A stretch of DNA of 64,000 bases from Ginglymostoma cirratum (taxonomy: Eukaryota): NCBI GenBank assembly GCA_024137785.1, contig JAHRHZ010000016.1, forward strand, positions 38,811,305 to 38,875,304, read 5' to 3'. Shown in pieces: positions 34,642 through 47,140 of this stretch. Position 1 is the first letter of the stretch; the number at the start of each line of letters is the position of its first letter. A program made the position numbers and the translations under genes. A model generated the notes under the pieces. It saw nothing but the letters and a program-made list of their open reading frames with translations, searched no databases and was not told where the DNA came from.

Positions 34642-37600
34642 CCCCCAAAACATTACCTGGGTCTCTGGATTAACAGTCCAGTGACAATACTGCTAGGTCA
34701 TCGACTCCCTGCATTCTACAAACATTACTTGGTCTAGACAAATGTGCCTGCAGATCCACAGCAAATGGCTGACTCTTAGCTGCCCTCTAAGCAATTAGAG
34801 ACGGGCAAAATGTGCTAGCTAGTGACACCCATATCTCATGAATGGCTGAAAAAAACTTTAATTGAATTGTAATTGCTGGATTCCCTCAGTGCAATTCTAA
34901 ACTGGAGAGGACTGGACACCAACCATTACAATATGTTCAATTCTTGATATGGGACTTGAACCAATGACCGCATGATTCAAAGACAAATGTGATATTAACT
35001 TGGCTCAACTGATGCCCAAGTGTTGGATGACCTTGCCTAGATAGCTGCAAGTTGAAAACCAGGGTCAGGAAACAAAGCCACATACTATGTAAGATTCTCT
35101 CCAAAATTTCTCGAAAAAATATCAAAAAAACTTTTCTCAAATATATCACTATACTTCAGCCATTTTAGCAAATACACTGGCAACACTTTTCTTAATTTGC
35201 TCAATCAACTAAGATTTAAAAATGTAGGCAGGTAACTATTGTAAAAGAGGGGAAGATGCTACAGTGATACACTGTCTGTGGTCAATTCTAACAGAAAATA
35301 TTATATTATAACTTTCAAAGTGTTTCACACGATACATTCCTATGAAGTGCAGTGACTCATGTAGCCAGATGTTGCGGGCCCGACCAGCAATATCTACACA
35401 CCACAAATTGATAAAAAAAAAGTGACACCTATTCAGCAGTTCGAGTATCAAGGAACAATAGTGAACTGAATGGACAGCTGGCCTCCTTGCTGAATTAGTT
35501 GAAAACAGCAGAAACCTCCCTGCTCTTCATCTAATCCAATGCAATAATTGATGCCCATCCGGATGGGAATTTCATTAAACGTGTCATCTAAATATCCATA
35601 CCTGGCTTCATTGATCATTGTGTATTAATTTTGCAACTTATATTACAGGTGTACCTTCTCAAATCCAGCTAACCAAAACTGGCATTGCCCAAAAACTGGA
35701 CATTCCTTTGCCATGCTGGAATGTATATTAACCCAGCCCAAAATTTTAGATAGCTGCTAAATATTGATCTTGCGCACTTGATATTTCCTGTGCTGGATTA
35801 ATGTATCCATTTTTTACTGAATGCATTCTAATCTTTTATCTTCTGACCATCACAAAGTTCCAAAAAAAACAGCATTGCCTTGGCTCTGAGGATGCTGAAT
35901 TTGAGACTGTGTACCTGTACAAAACAGAAAAAAGCTGTAGGTGCAAAACAAGCTTTTAGTTTAATATTACCATTGAGGCTAACATAGAAGTATATAAATT
36001 GGTTGAATGGCCAATTTGCATTCACCATAATTTTTATTCTAATAACTTGAGTTATAATTTTTGTAACTCTTTCATGATTCTTCGGACTGATTCCTCTGAA
36101 AACATGTGCTGGTTGACATTATCAAGCCTTTAAAACTTTTAAGCAATGACCTTTTAATGCACATAGAACATGGACAATGAAAAGTCATACTTCTAATCAA
36201 GCATTTATTTTTTATTGTTTCATTTATTTACAGAATGAAAAAATATCAATCGGTCACTATGGTTCATGTACTACTGTGTTCTGATGGCGGTCGATGATAA
36301 ATCACAGATTTTTTTGCTGTATTTAGCTCATGCTTCTATGAATCCAAGTCTGTTTCGAATCCCGTAAAGGCCTGCTAAATAATGACAATTATAACAATGC
36401 CTTATGGTATTATGTTTCTCAGTCCAGTCTCCTTCTACTTTACATGTACAAACATACCAATTTATAGGCCAGCAATAAATGCCAGATGGAAAGCTGGAAA
36501 GTTTTTAATCCCTTATGCAGCCACACCCTCCACACCAGTACCCCTTTCTCACCCACCCAAGAGGGCACAATTCTGTCCTGACATGAGAGGAAAGAAGCGA
36601 TTAATATATATGTGATGTGATGTGATAGGGAGCATCTGGTCTCAAACATCCACAGTATTTTGCCTTTATCAGGTCTTCCCTGATTAGCTCTGTTTATGGA
36701 GAATTTGAAAGCAGATATCAACATTATAATTTTACTGGATGGCTCCCAGTTGTCCCTTCAACCTTGGAGTGATGGAGCATCAATGTGGTTCTATGATTAT
36801 CTACGATTCTACAAGCAGTATGCATATCTGCAGCAAAGCAACAAAATCCATGAGCTTCTCAGAAATCTTATTCAAAGTGCCTGATAATCTGAGAGGTTTT
36901 TGTTTTATGTTTTCACTTTATTTTTCAGGTTTAAAGAAGTCTCTATGTCTGAGCTGTCATTTTGTCTGATGGCCTAGTGAGACTTGTCATGACAATCTTC
37001 TTCATGTTCCTTGTGGTTCAGTTCAAACCATCTATTCTTTAAAAGGACAGTGAATCTCTGAGCTTGTCTCCAGAATTCAATTGGATATCTCTAGTGTACA
37101 TTTTAAAGTTATAAAATAGAATGGTTTGGTATCACTGTCAGTGAGATGATACTTACAGAAATCTGTATTGCCAAGGACAACAAAGAAACAGCCAGTTACA
37201 ATCTTCTTGAGAGAGTGAGACTTACCAGTTCAAATAAAAACAAAATTGTCCTTGTTAATCTGTATCTAAAATAAATAGCGTTGACCTATGATGTTTTGTT
37301 TTATGTGGTGAACAATTAGCAATTAATTATTACGTATTTTAAAGGCAAGTACTTGTTTCACACTGAGTTATCAATATGAGTACGTTAGAATACGCAAGAT
37401 TTCATGATTATAAATTTGAAACTGATTAAATGCAAGTTGTATTATATGTAGCCATGGGGTGTGTTTTGAAATTCTGGGACACATGATTGGACCTTTGAGG
37501 GTAAAGCAGAACAAAGCTGTCTTTGAGATAGAATTGATACACAAATATGAACAAGGAGAAAAAGTAGGCCGCTTGACCTTTCGAGCCTGCTCCACCATTT

Positions 37601-37668
37601 AATAAGATCATGGCTGATCAGATTATAACCTCAACTGTACATTCCTGAATATCCCCAATAATAATTTA

Positions 37669-37972
37669 GGGTGGCACGGTGGCACAGTGGTTAGCACTGC
37701 TGCCTCACAGTGCTAGGGATCTGGGTTTGATTCCACCCTCAGGCAACTGTCTATGTGGAGTTTACACATTCTCCCTGTGTCTGTTCGGGTTTCCTCTGGG
37801 TGCTCTGGTTTCCTCCCACAGTCCAAAAATGTGCATGCTCAGTGGATTGGCCATGCTAAATTACCCCTATTGTTCAGGGATGTGAGAATTGGATAGGTTT
37901 GGGTGGGATTCTCTGAGGTAAGAGTGGACATGTTGGGCCAAAGGGCCTGTTTCCACACCGTAGGGATTCTTT
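37669..37972 (+). mobile_element. HE1-type V-SINE
   Basis: gggtggcacggtggcacagtggttagcactgctgcctcacag...ggattggccatgctaaatt...gcctgtttccacaccgtagggattct. Confidence 0.92.
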
Positions 37973-38144
37973 GAAATGTACAGTTGCATTCTTTCCAGCA
38001 TTGTACTGCATTTGCCAAATCTTTGCTCACTCATGCAACCTCTCTATATCCCTTTCTAGGCTTCTTCTGTCCTCTTCACAACTATCTTTCTGTCAGTAGC
38101 AAATGTAGCCCATCATACCTTCATCCAAGTCATTTATATACATT

Positions 38145-38274
38145 CTGAGGAAGGGTCACCGGACCTGAAACGGTAACTCTGTTTTCTCCTCCAGAGATGC
38201 TGCCAGACCTGCTGAGCTTTTCCAGCGACTTTGTTTTTGTTCCTAACTTACAGCATCCGCAGTTCTTTTGGTTT
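38145..38274 (+). mobile_element. Short (130 bp) PLE family B insertion beginning at a hammerhead motif
   Basis: Perfect 15-bp TSD tcatttatatacatt at 38130-38144 and 38275-38289. It starts CTGAGGA-AG-GGTC-ACCG-GACC-T-GAAACGGTAACTCT. Confidence 0.9.
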
Positions 38275-39370
38275 TCATTTATATACATTGTAAGGATTTG
38301 AGAGCCCAGCACTGACCCCTGTGATATACTACTCATGACATCCCACCAGTCCACACAAGACCTATTTATTCCTATTCTCTTCTTCCTATTAATCTTCATT
38401 CCATGTCAATAAGCTACTCTGTACACTATGAGCTTTTATTTTCTGCGAAGACCTTTGATGTGGCATCTTATTAATGCCTTCTGAAAATCTAGGTGCAACA
38501 CATTCGCAGGTTCCCCTTTATCTACAGCACAAGTTACTTCTTCAAAGAACTTCAATAAATTAGTTGAACATGATTTTCCTTTGACAAAACTGTGTTGTCT
38601 CTCCTTGATTACCTTGAACTTATCCAAGAGCTCTATTACAATTTGTTCAATAATATTTTCCCTATGACAGATTTAAGCTAACTGGCCTGTAGTTTCACGC
38701 TTTCTGCCTCTCATTATTTTTGAATAAAGGAGTTACATTAGCTATTTTCAATCTCAAGGTACATCTCCTGTACCTAATGAGTTTTGGAAAACTAAAACCA
38801 AAGCGTTAACGTTCTCACTACCTGTTTTGTCTAAGCCCCTAGGTTGAAATCCATCAGGACCTGAGGACTTGTCACATCGCAGTCCCACTTACCTGGTGTG
38901 TGTAATATTCTTGAGTTCCTCCCTTCTTTTCAATTCCTGATTTACAGCTATTTCTGGGATATAAATTTTATCTTCTCAAGTGAAGACCATAGCAAAATAT
39001 TTGTTCTGCCACCTCTTCATATTTCATCAGTAAACATTCATGGGTCCAGAAGAAAGACAAGTTAATTATTAAATTCCCACAAACACACAGCCGAAAAATG
39101 ACATGCCACTAGTTGAAAACCCAAACTGAAAAGTAAATAATATCATGCCATACATCACGTAATGCACGAGCAGAGAGGGACAAATATGGAATTGATAAGA
39201 AAGAATATTGAGGATAGAATTTTCCCCATCCCAGACGTAGTGAGGGAGATTGTGTAAAGGGATCTTTAATGGGTGAGTTGGCTCCAGAGAGATAATTACT
39301 GCCTTCTTACCACATCACCAATTCAGTTCTGGGTGATGAGGTCCATTTGGAAATTTCTCATACCATCACC

Positions 39371-39417
39371 AATTAAATTAAATTAAATTAAATTAAAGTA
39401 AAGTAAAGTAAAGTAAA
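39371..39417. repeat. Compound pentanucleotide microsatellite (AAATT)n(AAAGT)n
   Basis: aattaaattaaattaaattaaattaaagtaaagtaaagtaaagtaaa. Confidence 0.95.
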
Positions 39418-40084
39418 TGCTCTCTTAAGGGACTCAAATTGCTGCTGGCCAAATTGCCTGCCTTCCTAGCAGGCAAGGAAGGTGGCCGGTTGCCTGGTGA
39501 CTCGGCAACAGGGTGACCTGCTTGCCAGATTGGTTGAGGCTTCTAATTGTCCCAATTATGAACAGAAGGCTAAGGGGTAGTCTCTGAGAACTTCTTCCCT
39601 GCCCTTGTCTCTGATCTTCTCACGGCCTCCTCCCCACAACCTCATGACAGGAAGGAAAACAAAAAGGAGAAATTAACTTTGGATCCCTAGAGGAGTAGGC
39701 CTCAACTGATGGCCCTTTGGATCCAGTAGCTTCTGGCCTCTGAATGGCCAGGTATTTCTGATGACATGGATTGTCTCTGTTGAGGCCTGTCTTAGGTAGG
39801 CCAGAAAATCAACAAAAGTCTCTTCTCAACAAGCTAACTGGCTAATAATAGGTCTTGTTTTCACAGTGGTGGGTATAGCTTGTTCACCTGCAAGTAACAC
39901 ACTTCCACGCTTAATTCCAAAAAGGGAAAGTTGTGGTCATGGGTTTTGACAACTTGCTTTATAGACTATGTATATTTGGTCATTCGAGCTGCAACTGACA
40001 GTACATGTAGCTTTTTTTTCAAGAAAAAGGGCTGTTTGGAAAGTACATTTGTAAGGACACTGTACCTTACAATAGCCATAAAAC

Positions 40085-40300
40085 CTCAGATTAGTTGGCA
40101 GCACAGTTGGTTTGCAATGCAGAGTGATACCAACTGTGCAGATTCAATTTTCACACCAGGTAAGGTTACCGTGAAGATCCCACCATCTCAGCCTCACTCC
40201 TCATCTTAGGCGTGGTGACCCTCAAATTAAACCACCACCAGCAGTCTCTCTGTAATGAGAGAGCAGGCCTGTAGTCCTCTTGGATGATGACAACTTTACA
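40085..40300 (+). mobile_element. Short tRNA-derived SINE-like element (third family)
   Basis: Decayed A/B-box head (ttagttggc...gattcaattttc) and body ggtgaccctcaaattaaaccaccaccag...ctctctgtaatgagagag. Recognised by recollection only. Confidence 0.5.
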
Positions 40301-41609
40301 TATGTCCTCAGTTGTAGTTGCTTTCAGTTTAGAAGCAGCACCATTAAAATTTACTGAAGGGACAAAATCAATCTAGTTCCATGCATACTTACTGTGATTA
40401 CATTTAGGTATCAAACATGGTGGAGGACAAGATATGGGGCTGAAACTTCTATTCTGTTAGGTTTTTTTTGGTGCAATTTGCCTGAAATCCAGGTCAGCAA
40501 AGAAAATGATGAATTTTAAGCACAGATTACGTTTAGCAAATTAAATTCCTGTAATCTTTTGTGAGGCTGGCTACATCTCAAAGTTGGCCATATCCCCCAG
40601 TGAAATTCATCAACATTATGAGATTCCATGTATTGCATCTATTTGTGGATCTTGAGAAGATTCTTAACATTGTGTTTTTTTTAGAAGCAATATATGCACA
40701 CCCCACTTCTCAATACTTCATGCCCAGATGAGTGTGAATTCACATTGTAAGCTTACTACTGCACAGAGATGTCATGCACAAAATAGAATGGCATACCTCT
40801 CTATCAAATGTCTCGTGTGCAATTAACGTCTGTCACTGCACGGCAACTCCCAATGTTACACAACTTACACCACAGTGCTCCTGGCTCTTGCACAGCTGCT
40901 AGGGTTCACACCAAGTATAAAAGGAGCTACAACATTCAGCAGCACATTCACCACCAGCTCACTGATATTTTATCACAACCAGGAGAATGTGCACATCTGG
41001 CGTGGGAGAAGGACACCACCATGCTTTGGGTGCACACCTCATAAGAACCTCAGGCACACAGTTCAGATCATGCTTCATTGATTTGCATCAAGAGCAGCTT
41101 TTTGACAGTCCTGAACCACCTTCAATTAAAACTCTTTAATTCTGAAATTCCTGCATTACACATTCTTCTTAATCTTTCTGCACACTGTCACATCTCTGGA
41201 GATTGATATCTCTATTTATGTCTATCAATGCAGGCATTGTATTTACTATGTATCCGTACTACAGTCTCTTAATATTTCATTCCTTCTACTGGAGAAGTAT
41301 ATGCATGAGCGTATGGACTGATGGGGTAGGAAGGAATGTCTGACATAGGTTTCTCAACCATTTCAAGGAGCAGGCTGCTGATCTGGCAGCAGATAAAGGG
41401 GAATGTGGCTTTGCTGAAGGGCAGATTTGATACAGCCATTAATGTAGTTGTGGGCTACTGATTGGGAAATACAATACAAGTACTCTGTTGAGTTTTGGAA
41501 TGAGCTGGTGATGAGGAGGTACAATGCTGCTATGATCTTCAACATCATTTTCATTGTGCTTCCTCTCAAGTCATAGAGCTGTAGATCTAATTGCAGGGGG
41601 TGTCTGATT

Positions 41610-44578
41610 TTCCAAAGATACTTCCCATACTGATGGGTAAAGCAGTGGATGAAAAATGGGAGAATTTTATAACAGAAATGAATAACATGCAAACCGGGGA
41701 CAGACACATGAGAAATAAATATGAATATCCAAAGCCAGCATACCCTGGATGCCTAAGGATATTGATGAGAAAGAAATGAAGAAAAGGGAGGCATGTGATG
41801 TATATTGGAATAGTAATAGCAATAGAAGTCAGAAAGAATATGTCAAATGCAGGAGAGAGAGGCTCAGGTTGAAATAAGGAAGGCGAAGAAAAAACATGAG
41901 GAAAAATGGAAGGCTGCACTAAAACAAATAGTAAAATGTTTTACTATGGAGAAACATATTAATAGTAAAAGATCAGTCAAGCACAGAGTTGGATCCATAA
42001 GGAGAAGGAAAGGTCGCTGATCATTGAAGGAAAAGGTATGGCTAATTGAGTACTTTTCTTCTTTCCTTCCAAATTAGAAAACGGTGGCAATGGCCCAGTT
42101 GAAAATGTGCCTGTTGTGCGACTGAGCACAATGTTGATAGATAATAAAGAGTTGTAAAAATTCTGGCAGCACACTAGGTTTTTGATGTAGTGCCACCAGG
42201 CAGTTTGGTTAGCAAATTAGAAATGTTTGGGATTGAAGTGACCTTGGCAGCAAAGATTAGAAATTGACTAAAGGATAGGAAACAGAACGTAGGTATATAG
42301 ATGGACATTTCTCAGACTGATATATGTTGAAGCTGGTGTTCCCAGGAATCACTGTTGGCACCCTTGACTTTTTACACACTATATATATAATGTAAATGAT
42401 TTGGAGATGGGCTTGAGGATGAAAATTTCTACATTTTCCAATGAGTGAAAGAGAATAGTGAATTATGACAGCAATGCTGAGTGACTTCAGAGGCATATTG
42501 ATAAGTGGCCAAATGGGCAGACACGTGGCAGATGAATTTCAATGCAGAGCAATGTGAGATCATGTATTTTGGTAGAAGATACATGGAGAGACTATACAGG
42601 CTTATTGGAACAAATTTGAGGGGAGCATAGGAGCAGAGGGATCTTGGGGTTCACATGCATCATTCTCTGTAGATGGCCAGGCAAGTTGAAACAGTTGTTA
42701 AGAAGCCTTACAGGATCTTTGAATTCATAAATAGAGGCACAGGATATAAAAGTAAGCAGTGATGCTACATATCTTCAAATCATTGGTGGGGCCACATCTG
42801 GAACACTGTGTTTAGTAAAGTGATGGAAAGTGTCATCAAAAGTTACTATCAAGCAGCACCAGCTCAGCAATAACCTGCTCAATGTTGCCCAACTTGTTTT
42901 CTGCTAGAGTCACTCAGCTCCATCCAGCCTTGGTTCAAACATGGACAAAAGAGCTGAATTCCAGAAGTGAAGTGAGGGTGACAGCCCTTGACAGCAAGAC
43001 CACTTTCAACCAGCTGTGACATCAAAGGAGCCCTAGCCAAACTGGAATCAGTGGATCTCGGGGCAAAATCTCCACTGGTTGGAATCATACCTGGTATGTT
43101 GGAAGATGGTTGTGGTTGTTGCAGGTCAGTCATCTCAGCTCCAGGACAGCTCTGCAGGAGTTCCTCAGGGTTGTATCCGAGGACCAAATATCTTCACCTG
43201 TTTTATCAATGACCTTTCCTTCACCATTAGGTCAGAAGGGGGAATGTTCGCTGATGATTGCACAATGATCACCATTTGTGACTCCTCAGGTACTGAAGCA
43301 GTCCATGTTTAAATGCAGCAACATCTGGACAATATCTGGGCTTGGGCTGACTAGTGGCAAGTAACATTCACACCACACAGATGCTAGGCAGTGACCATCT
43401 CCAATAAGAGACCATCTAATCAGCTCCCTTTGGTATTCAATAATGTTGCCATTGCTGAATCCTCCACAATCAACATGCTTGGGGATACCCTTGACCAGAA
43501 ACTCAACTGACCCCACCACCTAAATTCAGTGGCTACAAAGGCAGGTCAGAGGAATACAAGTAACTCATGTGTCCACCAACTACAAGACACAGTCAGGAGT
43601 GCGATGGAATATGCCCCATTTGTTTGGATGGGCTCAGCTCCAACAACACTTAAGAAACTTGACACCATCCAGGATAAAGTAGCCAACTTGATTGGCATCA
43701 CATCTACAAGCATCCACTCCCTCCACCACCCATGCTCAGTACCAACAGGTGTACTATCTACGAGATGCCCTGCAGAAATTCACCTCAGGTCCAGAAACAG
43801 TACCTGCCAAACCCATGACCACTTCCATCGAGAAGGACAGGGCACTATCCTGCCTTGGAAATATATTGCTGTTCCTACACTGTTGCTGGGTCATAATCCT
43901 GCAATTCCCTCCCTCAGGGCATTGTAGGTCACCCTACAGGATGTGTTCTGCAGCAGATCAAGAAGGCAGCTACCATCATCTTCTCTAGCAAATACGGATG
44001 GGCAATAAATAACGGCCATTCAGCGATGCCCATGTTCCATGAGTGAATAAAAAGAAAAGCTCTGGGGACCTTATTTAGGGAGGGATGTTAAAGCCCTGGG
44101 GAGAGTGTAAATGAGAATTACTAGAATGATACCAGGAATGAAAAATTTAGATACAAGGAAAGATTAGAGAAATTGGGCTCATTGTCTTTGGAGCGGGAAG
44201 CTTGAGAGGTGACCTTATTGAGTTGTTCAAAATTATGAACAACTTTTACAGGGTCAAGAAGGACTTCTTATCTCCACTAGTTATTATGTCAGTAACTAGC
44301 GATCCCAATTCTAAGATTGTCAGCAAGAAAGGAGTGAGAGCAGAAAAATCGTCTTTACTCACAGTTGTTAGGATTTGGAATGCACTGCCAGGGAGAGTGG
44401 TGGAAATGGATTCCATGCAAGGTTTCAAAAGTGAGCTGGATATATATTTGAAAGTGATTAATTTTGAGGACTATGGAGATAGGGCTCTAGAATGTCAAAA
44501 GTTGTGTATGTTTTTTGGAAGTCAGTACAGACATGATGGGCCAAATGTCACCTTCTGTATTATATGTTTCTATTGTGT
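41610..44578 (+). mobile_element. Old CR1 LINE with internal deletions, interrupted by LINE family 2 at 42817-44059
   Basis: KWADTWQMNFNAEQCEIMYFG and SLVGPHLEHCV| resume at |SGDLI*GG, then RGDLIELFKIM...VVRIWNALPGRVVE and a CR1 tail. Confidence 0.85.
42817..44059 (+). mobile_element. 5'-truncated LINE family 2 (CR1/L2 superfamily): RT and 3' end
   Basis: AGVPQGCIRGPNIFTCFINDL...MFADDCT (RT core) and VRSAMEYAPFVWMGSAPTTLKKLDTIQDK. The tail is gggcaataaat...ccatgagtgaataaaaagaaaa. Confidence 0.9.
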
Positions 44579-44619
44579 TTCACTCATCTGTAAGTGACTG
44601 CAATGTCTTTGGTAAAATA

Positions 44620-47140
44620 TGTCTCGGTAAAACCACTCAATGACGTTGAAGACATTGGTTCTCCTCTTTATATGCCACTTCCTTGTCTGTAGCTGATAAC
44701 CCCTGCCCCCAAGTTCTGTGGTTCTTTTGTCACTGTTCATCTTCATCCATTCTTCTCATCCTCCCAAACCATCATCTTGGGCTAATACAACTGCATGGTT
44801 AAGTTGGTCAAACATCTTGCATGGAAATGCTGATATATGAAGAAATATCAGGAATAAAATATATGTTTTCCACTTGACAAGGTCAAGCTATCCTTTAAGC
44901 TTGATAGAAGTGTTTAGTTCTTGCATCACAGACTGCCTTATAGCAACTCTACATGATGAGATGTATCCTGTATGAGCTGTGACTGGTTTTCTCCAATCCT
45001 GCCATTTGCAAGCTATTTGTAGCCTTGATCTTTATGTTGCTTTCTGTACATGTGGCAATTAACTTACCTGCCCTCTCAGTGGCCTTCCTTTAACTGTCAC
45101 AATACAGATCTACAAACTCGGAATCTGCAACAAGCATAAGGTTTCATCTCCAAGCCCTTAACTTCCATGTGCATGGCCTGTAAATGATTCTGCTTAGCTC
45201 AAAATAGGAAAAACTCCCCACTACCCAGCACCATGCCACTGCTGATGTTTCTGAGGTACACTGCTCATCAAAGGTTAGTGAATGACAGGAAATGTTTTGT
45301 ATGTTCGTGTTTGAAAATGTAAGAGTTTATACATCTTTATTCTACAGTGAGTGTTTCCTTCGGTGCACAAACCTTCACTGGGTGTCCTCACAATTGTGTT
45401 TTCAGTTTCTGTTTTAATTCCATCAGTTTTGGGGGTTTGTGCTGTGAAGGACCATATGCAAACGCACCTGGGGCCATTCTCATTTGGTGACATTTTTTGA
45501 AAGGCCTTAATTTGAAAACCAATTTCGAGAAAGCTGGCAGTATTAAGTATTTCTTTTGAATCATTCACCCTCAAACCCTCTCTTTAAAAAAAATCTCCCC
45601 ACACCCCTGAATAAATGTTGATAGTGTTCTTCTTTCCATTGAGATCCCCTTTATCATCCTTTAATTTCCCCCAGTGACCATCATTCATGTTACCACCTCC
45701 CTTGATATTCCTGTTCTGCTCAATCTCACGCAGAACCTTATGCTCAGCATTGGCCTTATACGAACCCATATTGAGTTTACCTGCTCATTATCCCTCAACA
45801 AATTGAATTACTACATTATGTTCTCCACCTTAAATATGCAGCTATTGGGCTTGGGTACAGTAACCCACTTGATTGGTCACCAGTGAAATGATGTCATTTC
45901 CTCAAATTATTTCTGAAGTTGTTTGATTAAGGAACATGGATTCTTCCTGTTGTGTAGAGACAATGGCTTAGCATCTTTCCTTAACATCATGTGTATTCAG
46001 CATTCAGCATTGCATTTGCTTAATCCTGTGAATTTTTACTGTTGTGCTGTTGTAGCTTTTCAACTTTTCAAACAACATTTAGAGTAACACCTGCCAACCA
46101 CTCGAGGGAGGCTTCTTGATTTTGAATAATGCATGCCTTGTCTGGCACACGGCACTTTTTATGCTGTAATGAAACCTCTGTAATGTTGGGAGTTATTCCT
46201 CCTACCACATGCTGCTCAATATCTGTGGGCTGTAACCTTTATTCCTTCAACTATGGAAGCTTAAAAATAACAGTCCATTGACATTAGCAGGTTTTGCGAA
46301 TTTCCGATCACTTGGATCATCAATTTCCCTTTTGAATGCATGCAGTGGGCAGGAAGCCTACTGCATTGATATCTTTGCATGAGTGTTCCTTTGACTTATT
46401 TTTGATTCGGAACTTTTTTTTTCAGAATGTGCTTTGAAAGTTCTACAGAAATTACATTCTTTTCCCTAGTTGGGCATTGTTTGTATTCCTGAGGATTTAT
46501 CGTTCCATTGCATTGGCACTGTCTCATCACAGCAGCTGATTTAACTTTGTATTCTTGTATGTATTCACCAAATCTGTTGTAAATTAAACTACTGCAAAGC
46601 TTGCTAGACTCTGTACTATAGCAATGCTGCAGTCTTTCCTTTATTTGCCAGTCTTTGCAACACTGTACTTCTGTAATACAGTTCTGTAATTGTATTAAGT
46701 GGCTGTTATGTGGTAATTTACTGCTTTCAAGCTTTTTACAATCTGCTTCTTCGTAATACTCTATCTTTGTAGCACTTATTGCACTTTCATGCCTTTTGCA
46801 GGGCTGTTCTGCCTTTTGCAACAACCAAAATGGTAGCTATCTACTTCACCATTTTCTACCTTCTGCAGCCAATAGAGTTTTACCAATTCTTTTGTGAAAT
46901 CGATGTTTTCCTGACTTTCACAGCCTAAAAAAAAATCAAAGCGCTTATATCTGCACAAATCTTTCAACAGTTCTCTGTCTGTGACCTTTGCAAATATTCC
47001 TGTTAAATTGCATTTACTTAGAGGTGGAGTCCTTGCAAATCATTAACTTGTCCGGATTTTTATTCTTCTGTTTGATTCTTTCATCAGATTATTTCAATCT
47101 TGATTGATTTCGGCTTAAGTTAATTGTGAGATTTTCCCAA
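44620..47140 (-). mobile_element. Decayed Ty3/Gypsy internal region (gag, RT start, possible integrase end) with interruptions
   Basis: Minus frames: DFTKELVKLYW...DSYHF...RQ and KDWQIKERL (gag), QCQCNGTINPQEYKQCPTREK (zinc-knuckle relic), IHMMLRKDAKPLSLHNRKNP and VTVPKPN (RT start), and GRGYQLQTRKWHIKRRTN near 44660-44710 (integrase C-terminus-like). Confidence 0.6.

Larger units (their letters stand above)
34241..34709 (-). mobile_element. Same tRNA-SINE family, nested and antisense, itself interrupted by a PLE fragment
   Basis: Reverse complement of the flanking SINE, with the B-box at gggatttgaac and the poly-A end at 34242. Confidence 0.82.
34037..34855 (+). mobile_element. tRNA-derived SINE with a tail shared with LINE family 2, split by an antisense copy of the same family
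   Basis: Head gcagtggtgtcgtggtaatgtcaccagact, with the body resuming at ~34710. The tail gcaattagagacgggcaaaatgtgct...catgaatggctgaaaaaa matches 43985-44058. Confidence 0.8.
37545..39030 (-). mobile_element. CR1 LINE (RT region and 3' tail), interrupted by HE1 and a PLE fragment
   Basis: Minus ORFs RQHSFVKGKSCSTNLLKFFEEVT..VDKGEP.NV..LDFQKA and SQGSVLGSQILTMYIN, with the tail at 37545-37660. Confidence 0.88.

Noticed and set aside
36266-36367. MYYC motif suggesting an Ig/TCR V segment
   Set aside because: There is no D-x-A/G-x-YYC context, there is an in-frame stop just upstream, and there is no RSS.
45068-45177. Minus-strand exon candidate ending CAG|gtaagt
   Set aside because: There are stops in all frames from the better acceptors, and it lies within a probable Gypsy fossil.
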